This document shows positions 28,160-38,153 of a stretch of DNA of 60,641 nucleotides, in pieces (position 1 is the stretch's first letter; every line of letters begins with the position of its first letter). The stretch lies in the NCBI GenBank assembly GCA_035652395.1, contig DASRDX010000009.1:1-60641 (forward strand), written 5' to 3'. The notes under the pieces are model-generated. The model made no database searches and was not told where the DNA came from. It was given only the letters and a program-made list of their open reading frames with translations. Source of the DNA: Minisyncoccota bacterium (GTDB lineage: Bacteria > Patescibacteriota > Minisyncoccia > Phycocordibacterales > CAJBRS01). The position numbers and the translations under genes were made by a program.

Positions 28160-28689
28160 TGAATAAATTATTTAAAAATAAAAATGGCTTCACGTTACTC
28201 TTCGCTTCGCTAGTGGTAAGCCTGCTCCTTTCGATTGGTTTAGCAATTCTAAACATTACTTTGCAGCAAGTGTTGCTTTCGTCCGCCGCCAAAGAATCGC
28301 AGTTTGCTTTTTATAATGCCGATACCGGCATTGAATGCGCTCTCTATTGGGATAAAAACGGACCGAGCGGCCGTATTTTTGCCACTTCTTCGCAATCAAA
28401 TTCACTCGTTGCTTCTGATATTAATTGTAACGGGGTGACGGCGAGCGCATGGTCCTCTGCTCTAAGTAATTCCGGTGACGGTTCATGGGACACTAGTTTT
28501 GACTTAATTTACCCAACCGGTGAATGTGATGTGGTGAAAAACCCAACTACTCCAATTGTTCATATTGTGGTCAATAAAAGCTTTCCTGACAATATAAATA
28601 CTTATACTGATATTAAATCTCGAGGCTATAACACCTGCGACGCCAATAATCCGCGGCGAGTAGAAAGAGGACTTGAGGTTCAGTACTAA
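28159..28689 (+). CDS. PilX/GspK-like minor pilin lacking Glu5
   Basis: NG|FTLLFASLVV, AFYNADTGIECALYWD, SRGYNTC..RVERGLEV. Confidence 0.75.
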   Translation: MNKLFKNKNGFTLLFASLVVSLLLSIGLAILNITLQQVLLSSAAKESQFAFYNADTGIECALYWDKNGPSGRIFATSSQSNSLVASDINCNGVTASAWSSALSNSGDGSWDTSFDLIYPTGECDVVKNPTTPIVHIVVNKSFPDNINTYTDIKSRGYNTCDANNPRRVERGLEVQY

Positions 28690-30751
<2,062 letters not shown>

Positions 30752-30753
<2 letters not shown>

Positions 30754-30780
30754 AGTCCGGCCTTCGGCCGGACTTTTTCT
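30752..30780 (+). terminator. Terminator after ligA
   Basis: aaagtccggcc-ttc-ggccggacttt followed by ttct. Confidence 0.85.
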
Positions 30781-30810
30781 AATAAGCCCAAAGTAAGCTA
30801 TAATTTTCTT

Positions 30811-31098
30811 ATGGAAATTAAAGATATTGGAAAGCTGGCCGCTCTCTCACGTATTAATTTGCCGGATTCGGAGAAAGAAAGTTTGCTCAAGGAAATGGAT
30901 GCCATTTTAGCATACGTGGATCAGGTCAAGGAGGCTACCGCGGCGCAAAGCGCCGCGGTAGCTCTCCATAAACCTTTCTCTCGAAATATCTTTAGAGAGG
31001 ATGCAGAGCCTCATCCCGCCGGTGCTTTTAACGAAGCTCTTCTGGAAAGTTCTCCAGACCGGCAAGGACAATATATTAAAGTGAAAAAGATACTTTAG
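30811..31098 (+). CDS. gatC: Asp/Glu-tRNA amidotransferase subunit C
   Basis: KLAALSRI, ILAYVDQV, NIFRED, YIKVKKIL; precedes gatA. Confidence 0.92.
   Translation: MEIKDIGKLAALSRINLPDSEKESLLKEMDAILAYVDQVKEATAAQSAAVALHKPFSRNIFREDAEPHPAGAFNEALLESSPDRQGQYIKVKKIL
30934..30962. repeat. Perfect 13-bp palindrome inside the gatC CDS
   Basis: gctaccgcggcgc-aaa-gcgccgcggtagc, encoding ATAAQSAAVA. Confidence 0.9.
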
Positions 31099-31111
31099 TT
31101 GTAAGTTTAAA

Positions 31112-32521
31112 GTGATTAATTTAAAAGATCTGACAATTAAAAAAGCTCATGAGCACCTCAAAAAAGGTGATTTTTCGCCACAAGAATTAACGGCAGCTTA
31201 CTTAAAAAATATTGAATCAAAAAATAAGGATCTGCACATTTATCTGGAAGTTTTTGAAGACGCTCTAGAGAAATCAAAGACTATTTCTAAATTTGACAGT
31301 CCGATGTCCGGAATACCGGTTGCCCTGAAAGACAATATGCTAATTAAGGGAAAAATTTCTTCCTCTGGTTCAAAGATTTTGGAAAATTACATAGCCACTT
31401 ACGATTCTTTTGTGGCCAGCAAACTTCAGGAAACAGGAGCCATAATCTTGGGGCGAACCAATATGGACGAATTCGCCATGGGCTCTTCCACCGAAAATTC
31501 CGCTTACGGAGTCACTAAAAATCCATATGATCCAGAAAGAGTTCCGGGTGGTTCAAGCGGCGGCTCCGCCGCCGCCATAGCCGCCGATCTGGCTCTGGCA
31601 TCTCTCGGATCGGACACCGGCGGTTCAATCCGCCAACCAGCCGCTTTTTGCGGAGTAGTCGGTCTTAAACCAACTTACGGACGCGTCTCGCGCCGAGGTT
31701 TAATGGCCTTGGCCTCATCGCTCGACCAAATCGGTCCCTTTACTAAGACAGTTGAAGATGCCGAGATTTTTTACAACCTTATTCAAGGGAAGGATTCATT
31801 GGATAGCACCTCTCTGAAAATTGGAGAAGGAAATTCTAAAGCAGCGCCCAAGAAAATGAAAATCGGAGTGCCGTACCATTTTATGGAAGACGTTAATGAG
31901 GAAGTAATGAAGAATTTTAAAGAAGCTGTCAGCAAACTGGAAAGTCTCGGACACGAAGTCAAAGAAATTAAATTACCGAATGTTAAATATTCCTTGGCAG
32001 TCTATTACATCATTATGCCGGCCGAGGCCTCTTCCAACTTGGCCCGTTACGACGGAGTGAAATTCGGCTATCATCAAGAAGGCGGCAATTTATTGGAAGA
32101 CTATCTCTTAACGCGCGGTTCCGGGTTTGGCAAAGAGCCTCGCCGCCGCATCATGCTTGGCACCTACGTTCTCTCAAGCGGCTATTACGATGCTTATTAT
32201 GGTAGGGCCAATGAGGTAGCCAATCTGATTAAAGCCGATTTTGAAAGAGCTTTTGAGGAAGTTGATGTCGTTTTGACCCCAACCACCGCTTCGCCAGCCT
32301 TTAAGATTGGGGAAAAAGCGGCTGATCCGGTGGCCATGTATCTTTCGGATGTCTTCACAGTACCGGCCAACATTACGGGGTTGCCTTCTATTTCCATTCC
32401 TTCCGGCTTTACGGAAGTGGATGGTAAGAAATTGCCACTCGGTATTCAATTCACGGCACCTTTTTTGGCCGAAAATTTCTTGTTTGAAATCGGTAAACAA
32501 TTTGAAGGGAGTAACAAGTAA
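31112..32521 (+). CDS. gatA: Asp/Glu-tRNA amidotransferase subunit A
   Basis: Amidase signature GGSSGGSAAA, GSDTGGSIRQPA, SSNLARYDG, RRIMLGT; GTG start. Confidence 0.98.
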   Translation: MINLKDLTIKKAHEHLKKGDFSPQELTAAYLKNIESKNKDLHIYLEVFEDALEKSKTISKFDSPMSGIPVALKDNMLIKGKISSSGSKILENYIATYDSFVASKLQETGAIILGRTNMDEFAMGSSTENSAYGVTKNPYDPERVPGGSSGGSAAAIAADLALASLGSDTGGSIRQPAAFCGVVGLKPTYGRVSRRGLMALASSLDQIGPFTKTVEDAEIFYNLIQGKDSLDSTSLKIGEGNSKAAPKKMKIGVPYHFMEDVNEEVMKNFKEAVSKLESLGHEVKEIKLPNVKYSLAVYYIIMPAEASSNLARYDGVKFGYHQEGGNLLEDYLLTRGSGFGKEPRRRIMLGTYVLSSGYYDAYYGRANEVANLIKADFERAFEEVDVVLTPTTASPAFKIGEKAADPVAMYLSDVFTVPANITGLPSISIPSGFTEVDGKKLPLGIQFTAPFLAENFLFEIGKQFEGSNK

Positions 32522-32541
32522 CAATAAATATTTAATTTAAA

Positions 32542-33249
32542 ATGGCCGATGATGATAATAAAAAAGAGTCTGGGTCCGAGCTCGCCACCACTATTTTTGA
32601 AATAGTTTTCATTCTTATTATTTTTATTTATTTTCTAAATCAGGTCGGTGTTTTTATTTCCAGACACTTCTATTCGATTAATCAGAACGGAGCAACCAGC
32701 ACGGCTGCCACTTCCTCGGGCATTTCGTTGTTGTTTTCCTCCATTGGGCATGGCTTTAGCAGCGGTTTTGCCCGAATTTTTCCGACTATTGAACTTCTGG
32801 CCATTTTTATTTCCGTCTTATTTTTAATGGGAGTGATTTATATTTTATTCAGACTCCATTATCTGGAGAGATTTCAGCGCGCGCGGGAGAAACGAGAGAG
32901 AACCATTAGAAGCGGATCAGTGGAAGTACCAAAGGGAAATATAAAATGGCAGAGAGTTCTGGATCATGTTAACAGTGAGAACCCGAATGATTGGCGTCTG
33001 GCCATTTTGGAAGGGGACATTTTATTAGGGGATTTGCTGGAGAAAATGGGTTATCACGGAGAGGGAATTGGCGAGATGTTGAAATCAGTAGAAAAGAGCG
33101 ATTTTAATACCATTGATAACGCTTGGGAGGCTCACAAAATTCGAAATGCCATTGCTCATGAGGGCGCCGACTTCATTTTGTCACAGCGTGAAGCACGTCG
33201 GGTGATCGCTCTCTACGAGAGCGTCTTTCAGGAATTTCATTTTATTTAA
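32542..33249 (+). CDS. Hypothetical membrane protein
   Basis: Two TM helices, then W..V..H..S.NPNDWRLAILEGDILL..AWEAHKIRNAIAHEG (helical domain with a RxxxxH, HEPN-like motif). Confidence 0.7.
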   Translation: MADDDNKKESGSELATTIFEIVFILIIFIYFLNQVGVFISRHFYSINQNGATSTAATSSGISLLFSSIGHGFSSGFARIFPTIELLAIFISVLFLMGVIYILFRLHYLERFQRAREKRERTIRSGSVEVPKGNIKWQRVLDHVNSENPNDWRLAILEGDILLGDLLEKMGYHGEGIGEMLKSVEKSDFNTIDNAWEAHKIRNAIAHEGADFILSQREARRVIALYESVFQEFHFI

Positions 33250-33250
33250 T

Positions 33251-33285
33251 TAACAAAAAATCCACCAAAGGTGGATTTTTTGTTA
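33251..33285. terminator. Bidirectional terminator
   Basis: taacaaaaaatccacc-aaa-ggtggattttttgtta, between a convergent CDS and tRNA. Confidence 0.9.
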
Positions 33286-33292
33286 TATCTTG

Positions 33293-33363
33293 TTGCGGGG
33301 CCCGGATTTGCACCGGGGCCTGGAGGTTATGAGCCTCCCGAGCTACTGTTACTCCACCCCGCT
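33293..33363 (-). tRNA. Initiator tRNA-fMet(CAU), non-canonical
   Basis: AGCGGGG/CCCCGCA with an unpaired 1:72, A11:U24, GGAGG-CTCATAA-CCTCC anticodon arm; only 71 nt. Confidence 0.88.
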
Positions 33364-33438
33364 AAAAATTGTGGAGATTTTCAAATATACTCTAACTTTA
33401 TTTTAATTGCAATTAAGGTTATATTAGTTGAACTTAAT

Positions 33439-33511
33439 GTCGGGGTAGCTCAGTTGGTAGAGCACGGGACTCATAAGCCCGGGGTCGTGGGTTCGATCCC
33501 CACCTCCGACA
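33439..33511 (+). tRNA. tRNA-Met(CAU), probably elongator
   Basis: GTCGGGG/CTCCGAC acceptor, loop CTCATAA, TTCGATC T-loop; Ile2 not fully excluded. Confidence 0.85.
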
Positions 33512-33537
33512 CTCGTATTTTGTAAAATACGAAAGTT

Positions 33538-33611
33538 GCGGCCATAGCTCAACTGGTTAGAGCACTCGCCTGTCACGCGAGAGGTTGGCGGTTCAAGTCC
33601 GCTTGGCCGCG
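33538..33611 (+). tRNA. tRNA-Asp(GUC)
   Basis: GCGGCCA/TGGCCGC acceptor, CTCGC-CTGTCAC-GCGAG anticodon arm, G73. Confidence 0.95.
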
Positions 33612-33785
33612 CAATTAAAAAATCCGGCAAGTCTGTCCGGATTTTTTAATTGCGCGGCCAAAGCAAGCAAACTGCTTTGCTTGCGTGCGGACTTGAAAGG
33701 CGCAGCTATGTTTTCTCAGTAGAGAAAACAAGCGAGCCGGGGTCGCGACCGAGCTCTGCAGAGCGAGAGTTGTGACCAAGTCCGC
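33592..33785. repeat. tRNA-Asp-linked nested inverted-repeat element
   Basis: 33603-33627 is the exact reverse complement of 33637-33661; 33592-33602 of 33687-33697; 33687-33694 of 33778-33785; three internal hairpins. Confidence 0.85.
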
Positions 33786-33854
33786 AAGACATATTTTCCG
33801 CTTGTCTTTCTATTTCATGCTAGAATAAAAATCTTATCAACTATTCTCAAAAAT

Positions 33855-34616
33855 ATGTTTTACATTATCGGAGTCATCGTTCTTATATTAGTTCTTCTAT
33901 CTTTGCGGGTAGTAAAAGAATACGAAAGGGGAGTGATCTTCTTTCTCGGCAAGTACACCAGCGTGCGCGGGCCCGGTCTGATTTTTCTCATTCCTGTTTT
34001 TGAGCAGATGACGCGCGTCACCTTGCGGACGATCACCATGAACATTCCTTCACAGAAGATTATCACTAAGGACAATGTCTCAATTGATATCGCCGCCGTC
34101 GCCTACTATCACATTGTTGATTCATCCAAGTCTGTTATCTCAATTGAGAATGTCTACAGCGCCGTCAATCAAATTAGCCAGACCACTGTACGAAATGTTG
34201 TGGGCCAATTTCAACTCGATCAGCTTCTTTCGCAGACTGTCGATATCAATACTCAAATTAAAAATGTTATTGACACTCACACCGAGCCTTGGGGCGTGCA
34301 GGTAACGGCGGTGGAAATCAAAGATATCACTTTGCCCGACAACATGCAGCGAGCCATGGCCAAGGAAGCCGAAGCCGAACGAGAAAGACGGGCCAAAATT
34401 GTGGCAGCTGAAGGAGAATTTCAGGCAGCGGTAAAACTGGGAGAAGCGGCTGACATTATCAGCGCTCATCCGGTGGCTCTGCAGCTTCGCACTCTTCAGA
34501 CCATGTCGGAAATCAGCACTGAAAAAAATTCCACTATTATTTTCCCGGCTCAATTTATGACGAGCGTGCAGGAGGCGTTTAAGACTCTAGCCGCTGACAA
34601 TAAAAAGACCGGTTAA
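33855..34616 (+). CDS. SPFH/band-7 (stomatin-like) protein
   Basis: [60 protein letters not shown]. Confidence 0.93.
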   Translation: MFYIIGVIVLILVLLSLRVVKEYERGVIFFLGKYTSVRGPGLIFLIPVFEQMTRVTLRTITMNIPSQKIITKDNVSIDIAAVAYYHIVDSSKSVISIENVYSAVNQISQTTVRNVVGQFQLDQLLSQTVDINTQIKNVIDTHTEPWGVQVTAVEIKDITLPDNMQRAMAKEAEAERERRAKIVAAEGEFQAAVKLGEAADIISAHPVALQLRTLQTMSEISTEKNSTIIFPAQFMTSVQEAFKTLAADNKKTG

Positions 34617-34637
34617 TTATTATTAATTTTTAAACCT

Positions 34638-35006
34638 ATGAAAATTAAAGAAATTGCTTTCACAGCTTACGCCGTAAATGATATAGCTAAATCCAGAGAA
34701 TTTTATGAAGGAGTTTTGGGATTAGTGCCAAATAATGAATTTGATGGCAGCAAAAATCCCGATTACGTCGAATACAACATCGGCTCCGGCACCTTAGCTA
34801 TTGGTCATGCGCCGGATATGTGGAAACCATCAGAAGACGGTGCCTCAGTAGCTCTTGAAGTGGAGGATTTTGATGCCGCTATGGCTTTGATAAAGGAGAA
34901 AAATGTGCCGATTAAGATGGGTCCGCACGATTTCCCGACCTGTCAGATGATCGTCATTCAGGATCCGGATAAGAACAAACTGACTCTTCACAAGAGAAAG
35001 AAGTAA
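34638..35006 (+). CDS. VOC/glyoxalase family protein
   Basis: AYAVNDIAKSREFYEGVLGL, VALEVEDFD, IQDPDKNKL. Confidence 0.88.
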   Translation: MKIKEIAFTAYAVNDIAKSREFYEGVLGLVPNNEFDGSKNPDYVEYNIGSGTLAIGHAPDMWKPSEDGASVALEVEDFDAAMALIKEKNVPIKMGPHDFPTCQMIVIQDPDKNKLTLHKRKK

Positions 35007-35024
35007 TTGACAAAAGTATTGACA

Positions 35025-35055
35025 GAAAAGGTCGGCGCTTCGCGCCGACCTTTTC
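35025..35055. terminator. Bidirectional terminator with GCTTCGC (GCGAAGC) core
   Basis: gaaaaggtcggcgc-ttc-gcgccgaccttttc between convergent genes. Confidence 0.9.
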
Positions 35056-35725
35056 ATTTCTTCAGATCCAATTTATATCCTCTGCCTGGCACCGTATGAA
35101 TGAGTTTCTTCTTTCCGTCATCGACCTTGCGCCGCAGGTTTAAGATATGCGCCTCAATGGTATTAGAGAAGGGATCTCCATCAATGCTCCAGACGTGTTC
35201 CATGATCAAGCCACGGGAGAGAACTCGGCCGGCATTCTTCATAAAATATTCAAGAAGTAGAAATTCTTTGCGAGTTAAATAAATTTCTTTCTTACCCTTC
35301 CAGACCATTTGTCGTTCGCTATCCAGAACTAAATCGGCAAATTTTAGAGGATTATTTTGTACCAATCTTGGTCTCCGAAGAATAGCTCGAATTCTGGCCA
35401 GAAGCTCATGAAAAGAGAAAGGTTTGGCTACATAATCATCCACCCCGACATTAAGGAGCTTCACCCTATCCGGAATTTCCGCTTTTACCGAAAGCATTAG
35501 GATAGGCACTGTCTTATTAAGAGCTCGCAGTTCCTGACAAACCGCCAGGCCATCTTTCTTTGGCATGACATAATCCAAGATGATTAAATCGTAATCATTG
35601 GTTCGGGCTAGATACGAGCCCTTCTCGCCGTCTTCTGCCGTATCAGCCACAAAATTCTCCGCCTCAAGGCTGCTTTTCAGAAAAGCCGAAATGTTTTTGT
35701 CATCTTCAACAATTAATATTCGCAC
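35054..35725 (-). CDS. OmpR/PhoB family DNA-binding response regulator
   Basis: ILIVEDD, LDYVMP.KDG, DDYVAKPF, winged helix with LTRKEF, NTIEAHI..LRRK, TVPGRGY. Confidence 0.93.
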   Translation of the reverse strand: MRILIVEDDKNISAFLKSSLEAENFVADTAEDGEKGSYLARTNDYDLIILDYVMPKKDGLAVCQELRALNKTVPILMLSVKAEIPDRVKLLNVGVDDYVAKPFSFHELLARIRAILRRPRLVQNNPLKFADLVLDSERQMVWKGKKEIYLTRKEFLLLEYFMKNAGRVLSRGLIMEHVWSIDGDPFSNTIEAHILNLRRKVDDGKKKLIHTVPGRGYKLDLKK

Positions 35726-35827
35726 AATTCCTTAATTATATTTTAGGAAGTATTAAGAAGGCTAGCGGATATGGGGAAGACTCATAAAGATGATTTTAAT
35801 CTTTCTTTATATATTTTTTAACTTAAA

Positions 35828-35856
35828 TTGAAAATAACTTTAAAATCCTTTAGTAT
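35828..35856 (+). promoter_or_regulatory. Sigma70-type promoter upstream of the ncRNA candidate and tRNA-Thr unit
   Basis: TTGAAA-17 nt-TAGTAT. Confidence 0.6.
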
Positions 35857-35860
35857 ATGA

Positions 35861-35977
35861 AAACTCCTTGTGTGCACGCCCGATGATATATCCTCATGTC
35901 GTGAGACAGTAAATCGATCAGCCCTGCAGTGGAATAACGGCCAGGGGTCAGACGGTCTCTACACACAAGGATCGTTT
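35861..35977 (+). ncRNA. Candidate structured ncRNA (about 117 nt) abutting tRNA-Thr
   Basis: Perfect 10-bp closing stem tccttgtgtg (35865-74) / cacacaagga (35962-71), internal hairpins, promoter just upstream; family unknown. Confidence 0.45.
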
Positions 35978-36050
35978 GCCGTTGTAGCTCAGCTGGTAGA
36001 GCATCTCCATGGTAAGGAGAAGGTCCCCGGTTCAATCCCGGGCAACGGCT
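35978..36050 (+). tRNA. tRNA-Thr(GGU)
   Basis: GCCGTTG/CAACGGC acceptor, TCTCC-ATGGTAA-GGAGA anticodon arm. Confidence 0.95.
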
Positions 36051-36057
36051 CCCAAAT

Positions 36058-36282
36058 ATGAAGCAGAAGAATGTATTTTTGCTGATTGGTACAATCGTAA
36101 TTCTCATTTTGTTGGGATGGTTTATAGGGAGACCCGCAATAGCTGCTCATCAATGTGATAAAAAATCCTATCAGCGTGTACAGGAAATCAAAGGTGATAG
36201 AATCGATTATGAATATTTTTATCGTAGATGCCTGCGTAGTTATGGTATTCAGATACCAATAACTGATAAATTATTAGGCTAA
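36058..36282 (+). CDS. Small single-TM hypothetical protein between two tRNA-Thr genes
   Basis: N-terminal TM helix, two Cys; fills the gap between the tRNAs exactly. Confidence 0.6.
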   Translation: MKQKNVFLLIGTIVILILLGWFIGRPAIAAHQCDKKSYQRVQEIKGDRIDYEYFYRRCLRSYGIQIPITDKLLG

Positions 36283-36355
36283 GCCACCCTAGCTCAGTTG
36301 GTAGAGCACCGCTTTCGTAAAGCGGGGGTCCGCAGTTCGATCCTGCGGGGTGGCT
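36283..36355 (+). tRNA. tRNA-Thr(CGU)
   Basis: GCCACCC/GGGTGGC acceptor, CCGCT-TTCGTAA-AGCGG anticodon arm. Confidence 0.95.
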
Positions 36356-36360
36356 CAATA

Positions 36361-37239
36361 ATGAAAGACGATATCCAAAAAAAGATTGCGGAAATAGAAG
36401 CGCGCATGAGCGCGGCGGATTTCTGGCAGGATAAGGAGAAAGCCCAGGCTACTATTAAAGAGTTGCGGGAACTAAAGGCCGCGGCCGAAAACCCAGGCCG
36501 CGGCCCCTACGATTCCGGATCCGCCATCATCACCATCTTCAGTGGTGCCGGAGGCGACGACTCGGAGGACTTCTCCCGCATTCTTTTTGAAATGTATCGG
36601 AAATTTATTGAGCGAAAAGGCTGGCAGGCCATCATCCTGCATCAGAATCAAAATGATCATGGCGGTTTTCGCAATCTGACTTTTGAAATAAACGGCCGCA
36701 ATGTTTATGGCACTCTAAAAAATGAATCCGGTGTGCATCGATTGGTTCGTCTCTCGCCATTCAACGCTAAAAAACTTCGCCACACTTCATTCTCAATGGT
36801 GGAAGTCATTCCAAAATTTGAAAAGCAGGCAGAATTTAAAATTCCGGAAGATGAGATTGAAGTAACCACTCAACGATCAAGCGGTCCCGGTGGTCAGAAC
36901 GTTAATAAGCGGGAGACTTCCGTCCGCATTGTTCACAAACCAACTAAACTTTCCGTTCACGTGGACTCTGAACGCTCACAAGCTCAAAACAAGGAAAAAG
37001 CCTTGGCGTTGCTCGCTGGAAAGATCTACAACCTACAGGAGCAGGAGCGATTAGCCAAAGAAAAGGGCATGTATATTTCCAAAACCACTGACGCTGAATG
37101 GGGGAATCAAATCCGCTCTTACGTCATGCATCCGTATAAGATGGTCAAGGATCACCGCACCGACGTTGAAACCAGCCAGATTGACAAGGTCCTTGACGGA
37201 GACCTTGACGAGTTTATAGAAGCGGAGAAGAATCTATAG
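36361..37239 (+). CDS. prfB: Peptide chain release factor 2 (short form, 292 aa)
   Basis: SPF anticodon-mimic motif (LVRLSPF), GPGGQNVNK, WGNQIRSYV. The ORF-track start at 36298 overlaps the tRNA, so I use ATG 36361. Confidence 0.92.
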   Translation: MKDDIQKKIAEIEARMSAADFWQDKEKAQATIKELRELKAAAENPGRGPYDSGSAIITIFSGAGGDDSEDFSRILFEMYRKFIERKGWQAIILHQNQNDHGGFRNLTFEINGRNVYGTLKNESGVHRLVRLSPFNAKKLRHTSFSMVEVIPKFEKQAEFKIPEDEIEVTTQRSSGPGGQNVNKRETSVRIVHKPTKLSVHVDSERSQAQNKEKALALLAGKIYNLQEQERLAKEKGMYISKTTDAEWGNQIRSYVMHPYKMVKDHRTDVETSQIDKVLDGDLDEFIEAEKNL

Positions 37240-37243
37240 CAAT

Positions 37244-38107
37244 ATGGAACAAATACCATCAGCCGAAAAAGAAACTGAGAAGATAGAAAAATTCAATTTT
37301 CCTGAGATCGAAAATTTGGCAGAACCAATGATTGAATTATGTTCAAAACTAAAAAACAATTTTGATACGGGAAAGTATAGAACACTTCTTAGTGATGATA
37401 TAGGTGGTCGTATCCCAACATTGGTCATAGCCAATGTATTAAAAAAGCTCCGTCACGACATCTCTGTAAGTTTTGTCGCTGCTGGTCATTCTACGCCCGG
37501 ATCTGTTACGGGAAAGGAATGGAAAGGCCTTGTCAGGCATTTAAAAGAAAAAATCTCTCCCGAAGGGAGTGTCCTGCTTATCACCCAGTTCATTCATCAC
37601 GGAGATACAATCGGCAAGTTATTACTAGCTCTACAACAAGCTGGTTTCAATAATATTGATGTTGCTTCTGCGAGAAGTTTATACCCCGAAGAGGTGCTAA
37701 ATGTTGAATTTAATAATCAAACCTATATTGGAGACAGAAGTTCTACTATGGACATAGATTCTAAACACAATTTCTATACAGGGTTGGCTAAATCAGGAAA
37801 GACTTACAACCCTAGTCCGCAACTGTTAACCAAAGTCATTGAGGAAGAAGGAAGGGAGAGATTCATGCACCAAGAGATCGATCAAATATTTGATTTAAAA
37901 CCAGACGATAGAGTAGATGTAATTAATGAAAAATTTAAAGATCCACACAAAAAGGCGATTTTTGAAGCCCGGATAAAGGAACCTCTTTCCGAAGAAGAAA
38001 AGATTCAGCTAAGAGAGAACATACTAAAAACCCGTGAAGATGTGAAAACTATGGCTGATTTAATCTTACAAAGAGTCTGGAATATAAAAGCGGAAAAAGG
38101 CCTTTAA
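37244..38107 (+). CDS. Hypothetical protein, possibly degenerate PRTase fold
   Basis: LLSDDIGGRIPTL and VLLITQFIHHGDTI resemble a degenerate PRPP-binding loop; AT-rich. Confidence 0.55.
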   Translation: MEQIPSAEKETEKIEKFNFPEIENLAEPMIELCSKLKNNFDTGKYRTLLSDDIGGRIPTLVIANVLKKLRHDISVSFVAAGHSTPGSVTGKEWKGLVRHLKEKISPEGSVLLITQFIHHGDTIGKLLLALQQAGFNNIDVASARSLYPEEVLNVEFNNQTYIGDRSSTMDIDSKHNFYTGLAKSGKTYNPSPQLLTKVIEEEGRERFMHQEIDQIFDLKPDDRVDVINEKFKDPHKKAIFEARIKEPLSEEEKIQLRENILKTREDVKTMADLILQRVWNIKAEKGL

Positions 38108-38125
38108 ATCTGGCCTTTTTCCGCT
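38089..38125 (+). terminator. Terminator-like hairpin overlapping the stop codon
   Basis: agcggaaaaaggcc-9 nt-ggcctttttccgct. Confidence 0.75.
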
Positions 38126-38153
38126 CTTGGATAATCTGCTATAATGGCAAGGC

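Noticed and set aside
30811-32521. gatCA without gatB as a degraded pathway
   Set aside because: gatB is often unlinked; both genes are intact, and absence from a 60-kb window is uninformative.
33271-33630. ORFs 33271..33525 and 33424..33630
   Set aside because: They are translations of tRNA genes.
33612-33785. attL/attR of an integrated element, or a CRISPR array
   Set aside because: The tRNA-end copy is inverted rather than direct, there is no integrase, and there is no repeat-spacer periodicity anywhere in the window.
35007-35024. Tandem TTGACA 12 nt apart as an OmpR-type operator
   Set aside because: It lies at the convergent 3' ends of two genes with no matching -10 or downstream start.
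35850-36360. ORFs 35850..36107, 35870..36061 and the prfB extension from 36298
   Set aside because: They overlap tRNA-Thr genes and the structured RNA candidate.
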